This document shows positions 12,801 to 24,800 of a stretch of DNA of 56,675 bases, one piece after another. Source of the DNA: Nemertoderma westbladi. Lineage: Eukaryota; Animalia; Xenacoelomorpha. Below the pieces are notes generated by a model, which was not told where the DNA came from, searched no databases, and saw nothing but the letters and a program-made list of their open reading frames with translations. Within the stretch, counting starts at the first letter, position 1; the number at the start of each line of letters is the position of its first letter. The stretch spans positions 1 through 56,675 of the forward strand of contig JAUCBJ010005530.1 of assembly GCA_032718475.1 (NCBI GenBank). The letters run 5' to 3'. The translations under genes and the position numbers were made by a program.

Positions 12801-15800
12801 TTCTCGAAACGGCGATCCGGAGTTTGAAATGTCTCCAAGGGGGCCGATATGTGGCGTTGAGTTTCAGCTCGTTGACAACCGAGGCACTCCTTTGCCCAAT
12901 TCCCGATGTCGCGGTGTAAGCCGTGCCAAATGAATCGTTTGGTGATGAGTCGGCGTGAAGACCGGATGGAGGGGTGGGAGAATCCGTGGATAGAGTCGAA
13001 CACTCTACGTCGCCATTGTTCCGGAATAATAGGCCGAGGGTTGGGGGTCGAAACGTCACAGAGGACGGTGAACGCGCCGTTCTCGAAAGGGACGTCGTTG
13101 ATGACAAGGCTCGTCATGGCGGTGCGGTACGACTGTACATCGGGGTCGTCGTGTTGGGCCTGGGACAATGCTGAATAGTCTATTTGTTGGTCGTGGGATG
13201 TAGCATTGAGTTCAGGTGGGTCTGGGATTTCAACTCGGGAAAGGGTGTCGGCGACGAAGTTGGACTTCCCAACAATGTGTCGGACGTCGGTGGTGAACTC
13301 GGACACGAAAGCGAGGTGTCGCTGTTGGCGTGGCGACCAGCGCTCCGAGGCACTGCGGAAGGCGAATGTGAGGGGTTTGTGGTCGGTGTATACATGGAAA
13401 CTACGCCCCTCGAGGAAATATTGGAAGTGCCGAATACCCAGATACAACGCTAGGAGTTCGCTATTGAATGCGCTGTATTGGGTTTCGGCTGGGTGAAGCT
13501 TCTGCGAGAAGAAAGCAACGGGTTTCCAGGAGCCGTCAAGGAATTGCTCAAGGACGCCACCAACTGCTTTGTCAGAGGCGTCGACGGTGAGGCTGGTGGC
13601 AGAGGTGTGGCTCGGGTGGACTAGGAGTGTGGCGGAGGCTAACGTGGACTTGGCGTTATCGAAAGCAGCCACCATGGTGGAAATCCAGACGATGGACTTT
13701 GCAGTAGAGGCGAGCGCATTGTGGAGTGGGTGGAGCAACTCGGCGGCGTGCGGGATAAACCTGTGGTAAAAATTTATCATGCCGAGAAACTTCTGAAGGC
13801 CTTTCTTGTCGGAGGGGCGGGGGAAGTTCGCGATGGCCTCGACCTTCTCGGGTATGGGCTCGGCACCGGCGGCGGATATTCAGTGGCCCAGGAAGGTGAG
13901 TATCGGGACCCCGAAAATACACTTCTTCAGGTTGATGATGAGTCCGTGGGCGGCGAGGCGGCTGAATAGCAACCGGAGGTGTTCGAGATGTTCCTCGGGG
14001 TTCGAACTCGCGATCAGGATGTCGTCAAGATAGACAAACGCGAAATGGAGGCCCCGGCAGACGTTGTCCATCAGTCTTTGGAAGGATTGTGCGGCATTAC
14101 GGGTTCCAAAAGGCATTCGAATAAATTCGAATAACCCGAACGGAGTAATCACCGCAGTCTTTGGAATGTCTTCCTCCGCCACCGGGATCTGATGGTATCC
14201 CCGAACTAGATCGACCTTCGAAAATATTCTAGTGCCGTCGAGTTGGGAGGAGAAATCCTGTAGGTGGGGGATCGGGTATCTGTCGGGGGTAGTCGCGTCG
14301 TTGAGGCGGCGGTAGTCGCCACAGGGGCGCCAACCGCCGCTCGGTTTGGGGGCGAGGTGTAGTGGGGATGCCCAGGTGCTCGATGAGCGGCGAATTATCC
14401 CCATCTGTTCCATCTGCTCGAATTCGCGTCGAGCGATCACGAGTTTATCGGGCGGTAGCCGGCGCGGTCGAGCGAACACTGGCGGTCCTTTCGTGGGGAT
14501 ATGGTGCTCGACGCCGTGTTTGGTGCTCGGTTGGGAGAAACACGGCTTGGTGAGAGCAGGATAATTCGATAGCAGTTCTCGATATATGTTGCTCGGTTGG
14601 TCGACAGCGTGGAGACCGGGGGCGACAGTATCGGCGAGACGTGCTGGAATACTGGCGAAGGTTTCCGCGTCGATGAGGCGTTGACCGTGGATGTCGATGA
14701 GGAGTCCGTTGTCACTGAAAAAATCCGCGCCGAGAATTGGCTGTGAGACGTCGGCGAGGGTAAATTCCCAGTTCATCCGGCTAAGTTTTAAGTTCAGGGG
14801 AATATCCCGAGTTCCATACGTACGTATTGTGCTGCCGTTCGCGGCAACTAGCGGGTCGGTCAGCCGTTCTCGTGGGGAGGCGGGAAAAACGCTCACCTCG
14901 GCCCCAGAGTCGATGAGGAAACGCAGACCGGCGTTTTTATCCCAAACGTAGAGTAGGCGACTGGAACTACTCCGACCAGCTGAACTCGTCGCCACTAGCG
15001 GCTGGTCGGGCCGTTTCCTGCCGGGAACGTGCACGGCCCACGGCAGTTCTTGGCTTTGGTACCGTACTTAGCATGGTACCAGCACAAGGTGGAGTCGCTG
15101 ACGCGGCGATCGGATGTGCTCATCCTCGGTGGCGGTTTATCGCCTCGCGGTGGGCGACTAACTCCGTACGCCGGGGTTTGCTGAGCCTTTGCCTCGATGA
15201 CGGCGTCGGCAGCGTTTGCGAGTTCGTGCACATCAGTGAGTTTGAGCGCGGAAACGGTTATCCGGACATCGTCGGGAAGCTGTTGAAGGAACAGCTGGAG
15301 GAAGAGGTGGTCGACTGGGTTGGTGCCGTGTAGGGCGAGCATGTAGTCGAGCAGCTCCGTTGGTTTCCTGTCACCGAGTCCGGTAGGTTTAGTAGTTTTG
15401 CAGCCTTTTGGTTGGGGGTGAGGCTGTAAACTCGGAGCAGTGCGGCTTTCAGGAACTCGTATTTTCCTGTTGCAGGCGGGTTGGAAATGGTGGCTACTAA
15501 CCGACTGGCCACGGTCTGGTCGAGCGCGGCAACGACGTAATAGTACCGCGTTTCATCCGCGGTTATAGCGCGTGTGGCGAACTGGGCTTCGGCTTGGAGG
15601 TACCACACGTTGGGTTCCAGGGGCCAGAAACAGGGAAGTTTCAGCGAAACGGCGTTCTGTTCGGCCATGGCTGAGCAGCTGAGTTCGCGTTCGTCCGGGC
15701 TGACTCGTGGTTGTGGTCGCGTGTCGATTGGTAGACTAGAATCGCCGGGTCACCAATGTAGGTACGCTGAGAGTCGTCTCTTTAGCGTCCCACTTTATAA

Positions 15801-18800
15801 CATTATAATATTATAGCAAAATATAAGAATAGGTTTTATATTAGTGAGTTATATTGTCAATATTATGTTCAGACAATCAGACGCCTGACAGCCTAAAGCA
15901 GTAGGCCTAAGTGCTACAGTATTGCACTGTATACTGAAAGTATATTCTCTAGTTGGGGCGAGCCATTCCGTGGGCGAGCCAACTAGTGAGTTATATTGAG
16001 CCAAGGGTCTATCAGTATCTTTTGTGTGCCCTTGTCCATGGTAGTCCGCTACAGTATCAAGTACAATGAACACATCTCCAATCAGACTCTATACAACATT
16101 GGAGGTGTTCCATTACTCTCCCCTAGTTTGTCACTTTAACGGAACCGCCTCCGCTTTGCAGGACATTGCTTTCGCCGTGAGGACCAGCCAGTGCATAATC
16201 TTGTGCTTTGGCGGCCTCATGGAGCGATTAAGCATGGTGGACAGCCCATGACTTTCTTAAGATACATCTTAAAGGACACTGGCATTGAAGATGCGGTAAT
16301 ACGTAATTTTATTCTTAAATTGGTACTTTTTGTTGCTTACAGTAATTCTTTAATAAAACGTACAGAGATATAGTGGTACAAAATAAAATAATTGAACTAT
16401 ACAGTAGTATTATACTACATTGCTTCCATAGTTACTGCAATTCAAATTACTGTACTCTTCAACTCCTGAGTCCGTCTGCCTTACTCAACGTTAAATAATT
16501 TAGTGTTCTCGAATATTTATTACGTAACTAGAGAGCCGCTTAAAAACATAAATCAATATTATTGGATATTGAGTTCCGTTTTGGAGGACGCCGCGCAGAC
16601 AGAAAATTTGCCATAACTTTTGAGTGCGCGCCTTGATTTTGCTCAAATTACGTGCAAACCTTATCTACGTCAATGCTCTTTCAACACATTTAATAAATTT
16701 AAGAAATTCCACCAAAAATATTTTATTTTACTTTTTTCGCCGGGAAAAAAGGTAAAATCAATGCAATCCTATGGGTTACTTTTTTTCCCTAGGGAAAATA
16801 TCTCCCGATTTTGGTCTAAATTCGAGCAAAAAAGTAACAATTTAAGAATAAAAATATATATATTGCTTATCCAGTTTACATAGATTACACAGGTGGTTAA
16901 CCATAGGTTCGATTACCTAAATCAATCGATTACTCACACCTAAGTTGCAACTACCTATTGAAATTTGTAGTTTGCAAATACTTAGAACCAATCAGAAGCT
17001 TTAACTAACTAAGCCAATCACAGATTAGCTTAGCTTTCTCAATGTAACAGGCAGATATATAATTTACGGATTTATCATACTTCAGTTGCTTATTATTCTC
17101 GCCATGGTCTACCGTACGAGTCAAATGCAATGTTATTACAGTATGATGACCGAATTTAGTTATTCAGTTTGTGGGGTGCTGTTGCTTCGAACGAGCCCGG
17201 AATCTGGGGACATTAGTTGATTATCTGTATGTAACTTACTTTTATACTGTTGTTAACCTTATATGTGAAGTTAATGACGAAACCAGCTGTGTTTTCAGAG
17301 CTATTAGAACTTCTTCGACCAGTAATACTTTGCGGTATTACAAACACTTGCTTGGTATCTAGGCCCAACTCACACTACGTCTACTACCCTAGATCCCATG
17401 ACATGCAGTTTGCGGTCTGTGGGGCGAGCCACGAAGTGAGAGAGCCTTAGCGTAGTGGTACCATTAATCAACCTGTCGTTCTGTCGTTCTGTGGGGCGAG
17501 CCACGAAGTGAGAGAGCCTTAGCGTAGTGGTACCATTAATCAACCTGTCGTTCTGTCGTTCTGTCGTTCTGTCGTTCTGTCGTTCTGTCGTTCTGTCGCG
17601 TTTTTTTTCAGTATTTTATTTTAAACGTTAATAACTCGGCCAATCCTTGATGAAATCTATCCAAACTTGGTACACATGTTGTTTGGCAAAAGTTTGAAAA
17701 TTTTCCAAGTAGAATTTGCGTGGGGCCTTCGTGCAGCATCAGTGTAACTGTTATTGTAGTTATAATATATTTATTTATCCAAAATAAACATGCGTTAAAT
17801 TATTATTACTGTAGGATAAATCAGCTGGTTTTCTGACAAATTTTGCAAAACATAGGGGCTGTCTGCCAATCTGCATGTACCATTTGTACCGGTACTGTCA
17901 GGCTGTACTCAATTCCTGAATCGAGAATTCTGCAATTAGTCAATACTGCAATACAGGTCAGCCGGTACCATACACTGCAGACATGCCATATCATGTAATC
18001 TAAACATGGCCCCGGAAACCCTTGCGGTGATTATAGTTTAGGCCTAATTAGCCTAGTACCGGTAATAATAATATAATAGTTTAGATAGTTCAGTAGTTAC
18101 CGTTAATCATTCAGTCATTGGCACGGTACACCGTATTGATGTACTGCCGTTGTAGTGCGCACCGTAGGTACCACCCATGCGTAGGCTGACTGTGCTGATT
18201 ATGGTTTGATTGATTGATTGTTTTTTACACATAATTAAACCTTTTAAAATTCACAATAATACATTTATAAAGATTACGTTACGATATTAGGCCTACAGTA
18301 CAAGTAATAACACTAGATATTTAGGAGCACCAATACTGATTTATGTAGATAGTCAACTTATAAAATGTTTATTTACTTAAATAAAAGGTTCTGGTGTAAG
18401 GATAGCCTCATGAGGTATATACCTCGTTTCCATGAGGGTCCTATAATAATTTTCATACTCTAATATTTAAAGCTAGTCAGACTGTGGTACCTAAGCTATA
18501 TACTGTTAGGTATATTGCTGTATTGGGGTGGGGTTAGGAATAATCCATTTGTTTTAGCATTGAACTGTTGAATCCCCTTATTTATTATAAAACCATTGGT
18601 ATATTCGCAAATGCCGCTCCATTACTGTCTGATGTCTGAAACGCTCCCGACAGTCCGATGTATCTGGACCCGAGCAGCCGAGTTGCTTCAAGAGGTGATT
18701 AACGGGGGAATACTACGGAATTGCTTGTTTGTCAGTACGATTCTATTTGGGTATTTACTACACTCAGACACTGGGAATACGGCGGTCGGTCAGATCGTAA

Positions 18801-21800
18801 TGCGGGCCACTGCCAAGTTCATCATGCCTCACTCCGGTCACCCACCTTGGAGTGCGGTGGGAAGAGTCCCACTTACTGACTTACGTCGACGACTGGACGA
18901 ATCGACGAGGATTGCGATCTGGGTTTAGCGGCGGCCCGGATCCTGGGATCGCCTGGGGGAAATGGTTGAACGTTGGGCAGACGTTATCGCACTGGATTAC
19001 GTTCTCTGTGACGCGAAAGTGTGAAGCGAATTCGTTGTCGAATTGGGTCGGAAGCTGCGGGAATTCTACTGTTCTACGGGAGTAAACCGCAGCGGTCCGG
19101 TGACTTGACTACGGACGGATACTACTGGGATAAGCAGGTATTTCGATCGAGTTTCTCGTATTCTCGATGCTCGAGGCGGATAGAGAGTTGGTTGTGTTGG
19201 GCGGTGTTGTTCAATTCTATCAAACATGTTAAATAATTGGTAAAATAATAAAAACACACCAGATAAAGATACTGAGCTTATGGTAAAGAGATAGGCCGAA
19301 CTTACAATTTCCAAATAGATTGTTCATATAATAAATATATTTTTGGTATTTGATTTCAAGATAGGGGGGGGGGGGGGGGGGGGGGGGGAACTGGACGCAA
19401 TAAAAATTCATCCCTCTCCAGGGGAAATTGGACGCAAATAACAACAGCTGATTACTCTCAAAAATAAAACTGTAACCTGTTCTATTGTGTTTACTTTATT
19501 GTTTTGGTTAAAATAACGTGCCACTGTAACCTGCTCCTTTCCCAAAATTTAGAAATTAATATTGAGGCGGGATATTAATTCGCCAAGATGGGATTTGCGT
19601 CCAGTCCCACCCCCCTCCTATCTCTTGATTTCACTAATAAATAGAATACATTGCATTTTACTGTTATAATTACTGTATTGAATAAAATAATTAATTGATT
19701 GTTTATTAAACCGTGCTAAGCACGTTGAACTGGAGCTCTAACAATTCCCCACTAGCGGCAGACAGGAACTGTAAAAGTCTCTGTAGAATTTCTAATTAAG
19801 CAATGCTCTTAGGTAACTACTACTAAATTTCAGATGAATCTGATCGTTGGTTCTATAATTACAGCTATTTTTACGTTTCTGTTAATTCGCCCCCTAGCGG
19901 CAGACCGGGGAACTGTAGAAGTCTGTCTGTGTGTAGAATTTCTAAATTTTTTTAAGACTACAAGTGTACCAAGTTTGGTTCCATTTCATCCATGATTGAC
20001 CGACTTATTAGCGTTCAAACATTCCTGCCACGAATAAAAGCTGCAGGAACTCTAGCGATAATTAATTTATTTATTATTAAATACTGTTTCAATTAAATTC
20101 CTTACGAAAATCTAGTCATCTTCTTTTAAATATGGACCCTGCATTCATGGAAAATATAATATTTGATAATTCATCAGTCACCAGTCAGCCTACGCTAATT
20201 TCACAGCAAAGTCCTTGTCATGGCCTGTGTGTAGTAGGCCATGGTACCACCCTACTACCGGTACCGGCTGACCGGTGGCAACTAGCACTTCAGCACTTGC
20301 ACAGCAACAGCCCTACCGGCGATACACAGGTTGAAATTTATGTAGAGTTTGCTCAACAGTACAGATATAAAATAGTTATCTAAATTATATATATTACTAT
20401 TGACAAGTATTGAAATATATACCGTTATTCGTGTTATCAGTATTTGCAACATCTGACATTGAAGAGGTGAGAGAAGATGAATACCGACACTCAACAAAAC
20501 CAACGCTTATCACAGGTCGGTATGGTTACCTCGAAACCGGCGCGACTGTCCACTCGAATACAACTTCAAAACACAAACGCCAACAATAATCTGAATAGCG
20601 AATCTGAACGTCTTCATGAAGAATCTGTCATTGGGACGAAGAAAAGGAAGCCGAAACCACGGGAATGGACCACAGCTAAGATTGAATGCTCCCATTGTCA
20701 GAGTTCCTGGACCGAAATTGAAACACCAATTGCCGATGGGCTTGATCTCTCAAACCAAAACTTCCTCTGCGGGGTTTGCGCGGCAGTAAAGATTGAAAGT
20801 CTGGAAGCTGGCATCCCTAGGTATTATTATTATAAAGAGCGTCAGCCTGCGTTTAATAAATATATTTTAATACAAAACAGGTCGAACGCAAAGAGGCTTA
20901 TAATGAAGACGAGTACTGCATTGATTATATTCCTATAAACCACCTGGCTTTGCATATTGAACGTGCGTTTGGAAATAAGTTCGTGCTACCCTTCCGTGGG
21001 TGGTAGATGTCGCGGTTATGTATTGGTGGGTGGGAAGGGAGGGGGGGGGGGGGTGCAGATTAAAAGGGGTGAACACGTACTGTCCCCCTTTCTTTGATTA
21101 ATTGGTGGTGTTGGTTAATCTCTCATAACCTGATTTTGTGATACAGTCGCACAATTTTAATTTGTATCTCATAACTGGGCCTCGTGCTGCGCGAAGGCCC
21201 CACGAACGTGTCGTTCTGTCGTTCTGTCGCGTTTTTTTTCAGTATTTTATTTTAAACGTTAATAACTCGGCCAATCCTTGATGAAATCTATCCAAACTTG
21301 GTACACATGTTGTTTGGCAAAAGTTTGAAAATTTTCCAAGTAGAATTTGCGTGGGGCCTTCGTGCAGCATCAGTGTAACTGTTATTGTAGTTATAATATA
21401 TTTATTTATCCAAAATTAACATGCGTTAAATTATTATTACTGTAGGATAAATCAGCTGGTTTTCTGACAAATTTTGCAAAACATAGGGGCTGTCTGCCAA
21501 TCTGCATGTACCATTTGTACCGGTACTGTCAGGCTGTAATACAGGTCAGCCGGTACCATACACTGCAGACATGCCATATCATGTAATCTAAACATGGCCC
21601 CGGAAACCCTTGCGGTGATTATAGTTTAGGCCTAATTAGCCTAGTACCGGTAATAATAATATAATAGTTTAGATAGTTCAGTAGTTACCGCTAATCAAGA
21701 TAGTTCAGTAGTTACCGCTAATCAAGATAGTTCAGTAGTTACCGCTAATCATTCAGTCATTGGCACGGTACACCGTATTGCTGTACTGCCGTTCAGCCGT

Positions 21801-24800
21801 TGTAGTGCGCACCGTAGGTACCACCCATGCGTAGGCTGACTGTGCTGATTATGGTTTGATTGATTGATTGTTTTTTACACATAATTAAACCTTTTAAAAT
21901 TCACAATAATACATTTATAAAGATTACGTTACGATATTACAGTATTAGGCCTACAGTACAAGTAGGCCTAATAACACTAGATATTTAGGAGCACCAATAC
22001 TGATTTATGTAGATAGTCAACTTATAAAATGTTTATTTACTTAAATAAAGGGTTCTGGTGTAAGGATAGCCTCATGAGGTATATACCTCGTTTCCATGAG
22101 GGTCCTATAATAATTTTCATACTCTAATATTTAAAGCTAGTCAGACTGTGGTACCTAAGCTATATACTGTTAGGTATATTGCTGTATTGGGGTGGGGTTA
22201 GGAATAATCCATTTGTTTTAGCATTGAACTGTTGAATCCCCTTATTTATTATAAAACCATTGGAAATATTCGCAAATGCCGCTCCATTACTGTCTGATGT
22301 CTGAAACGCTCCCGACAGTCCGATGTATCTGGACCCGAGCAGCCGAGTTGCTTCAAGAGGTGATTAACGGGGGAATACTACGGAATTGCTTGTTTGTCAG
22401 TACGATTCTATTTGGGTATTTACTACACTCAGACACTGGGAATACGGCGGTCGGTCAGATCGTAATGCGGGCCACTGCCAAGTTCATCGTGCCTCACTCC
22501 GGTCACCCACCTTGGAGTGCGGTGGGAAGAGTCCCACTTACTGACTTACGTCGACGACTGGACGAATCGACGAGGATTGCGATCTGGGTTTAGCGGCGGC
22601 CCGGATCCTGGGATCGCCTGGGGGAAATGGTTGAACGTTGGGCAGACGTTATCGCACTGGATTACGTTCTCTGTGACGCGAAAGTGTGAAGCGAATTCGT
22701 TGTCGAATTGGGTCGGAAGCTGCGGGAATTCTACTGTTCTACGGGAGTAAACCGCAGCGGTCCGGTGACTAGACTACGGACGGATACTACTGGGATAAGC
22801 AGGTATTTCGATCGAGTTTCTCGTATTCTCGATGCTCGAGGCGGATAGAGAGTTGGTTGTGTTGGGCGGTGTTGTTCAATTCTATCAAACATATTAAATA
22901 ATTGGTAAAATAATAAAAACACACCAGATAAAGATACTGAGCTTATGGTAAAGAGATAGGCCGAACTTACAATTTCCAAATAGATTGTTCATATAATAAA
23001 TATATTTTTGGTATTTGATTTCAAGATAGGGGGGGGGGGGGGGGGGGGGGCTGGACGCAATAAAAATTCATCCCTCTCCAGGGGAAATTGGACGCAAATA
23101 ACAACAGCTGATTACTCTCAAAAATAAAACTGTAACCTGTTCTATTGTGTTTACTTTATTGTTTTGGTTAAAATAACGTGCCACTGTAACCTGCTCCTTT
23201 CCCAAAATTTAGAAATTAATATTGAGGCGGGATATTAATTCGCCAAGATGGGATTTGCGTCCAGTCCCACCCCCCTCCTATCTCTTGATTTCACTAAAAA
23301 ATAGAATACATTGCATTTTACTGTTATAATTACTGTATTGAATAAAATAATTAATTGATTGTTTATTAAACCGTGCTAAGCACGTTGAACTGGAGCTCTA
23401 ACAATTCCCCACTAGCGGCAGACAGGAACTGTAAAAGTCTCTGTAGAATTTCTAATTAAGCAATGCTCTTAGGTAACTACTACTAAATTTCAGATGAATC
23501 TGATCGTTGGTTCTATAATTACAGCTATTTTTACGTTTCTGTTAATTCGCCCCCTAGCGGCAGACCGGGGAACTGTAGAAGTCTGTCTGTGTGTAGAATT
23601 TCTAAATTTTTTTAAGACTACAAGTGTACCAAGTTTGGTTCCATTTCATCCATGATTGACCGACTTATTAGCGTTCAAACATTCCTGCCACGAATAAAAG
23701 CTGCAGGAACTCGAGCGATAATTAATTTATTTATTATTAAATACTGTTTCAATTAAATTCTTTACGAAAATCTAGTCATCTTCTTTTAAATATGGACCCT
23801 GCATTCATGGAAAATATAATATTTGATAATTCATCAGTCACCAGTCAGCCTACGCTAATTTCACAGCAAAGTCCTTGTCATGCATTGTGGTCAGGAGAAT
23901 ATCTGAATTTGTGGATAAGAAAGTTTGCCAGAAAGCCTTTCTGTTTCAGAATAACTAAACTTTACTGCTAATTTCTGTGACTGACGGAATTTCCAGCACT
24001 AGTGAGCAAATCATTTGTTTCCGTAAGATGGCTTACTGAAATCCAATAATTATTTTTGTGAAATGGTTTACTGCAGTGGTGCTTCCAAAATATGCATGCA
24101 TTTTGCATGGTAATGTATACCATAATATTTTTAAATTACTTTTAAAAACGTAAATTATTAGGATAATTATGTTATCAATTTTCAGCAGACTTTACATCCC
24201 AGTATTTTTTCTATGCGATCAAATATTTACTCATCCATACCCATTTCCTACACTTTAGATACCATACTTTTAGGATATGGAAACCATTTTTGGTGATGGG
24301 GATGTTAATTTTTTGATGTGAAGTGTGACCATTTTTCAATAATCGCCCGATGGGCTTGATCTCTCAAACCAAAACTTCCTCTGCGGGGTTTGCGCGGCAG
24401 TAAAGATTGAAAGTCTGGAAGCTGGCATCCCTAGGTATTATTATTATAAAGAGCGTCAGCCTGCGTTTAATAAATATATTTTAATACAAAACAGGTCGAA
24501 CGCAAAGAGGCTTATAATGAAGACGAGTACTGCATTGATTATATTCCTATAAAGCACCTGGCTTTGCATATTGAACGTGCGTTTGGAAATAAGTTCGTGC
24601 TACCCTTCCGTGGGTGGTAGATGTCGCGGTTATGTATTGGTGGGTGGGAAGGGAGGGGGGGGGGGGGTGCAGATTAAAAGGGGTGAACACGTACTGTCCC
24701 CCTTTCTTTGATTAATTGGTGGTGTTGGTTAATCTCTCATAACCTGATTTTGTGATACAGTCGCACAATTTTAATTTGTATCTCATAACTGGGCCTCGTG

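Larger units (their letters stand above)
11531..16053 (-). mobile_element. Ty3/gypsy LTR retrotransposon, full length (gag, PR-RT-RH-INT), recently inactivated
   Basis: 297-bp TG...CA LTRs and GTAT TSD. Gag KLPCFWP...CWYH..C..PC. Pol LIDSGA, YLDD, VDAS, HVDIVGP, DRFTRW, ITSDRG, ERFHR, GPF. 1-bp gag frameshift near 15382; in-frame TGA at 13880-13882. Confidence 0.96.
10895..16296 (+). mobile_element. RTE-clade LINE family B fragment, split by the Ty3/gypsy insertion (10895-11530 plus 16054-16296)
   Basis: Both pieces are collinear with the reverse complement of 7130-8010, and the sequence resumes exactly across the GTAT TSD. Confidence 0.88.

Noticed and set aside
11892-15816. Many plus-strand ORFs over the gypsy element
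   Set aside because: Antisense shadows of GC-rich gag-pol with no recognisable motifs
18596-19314. Duplicated ORFs (also 22276-22979) as conserved genes
   Set aside because: Their identity reflects the recent DNA duplication; overlapping frames and no motifs
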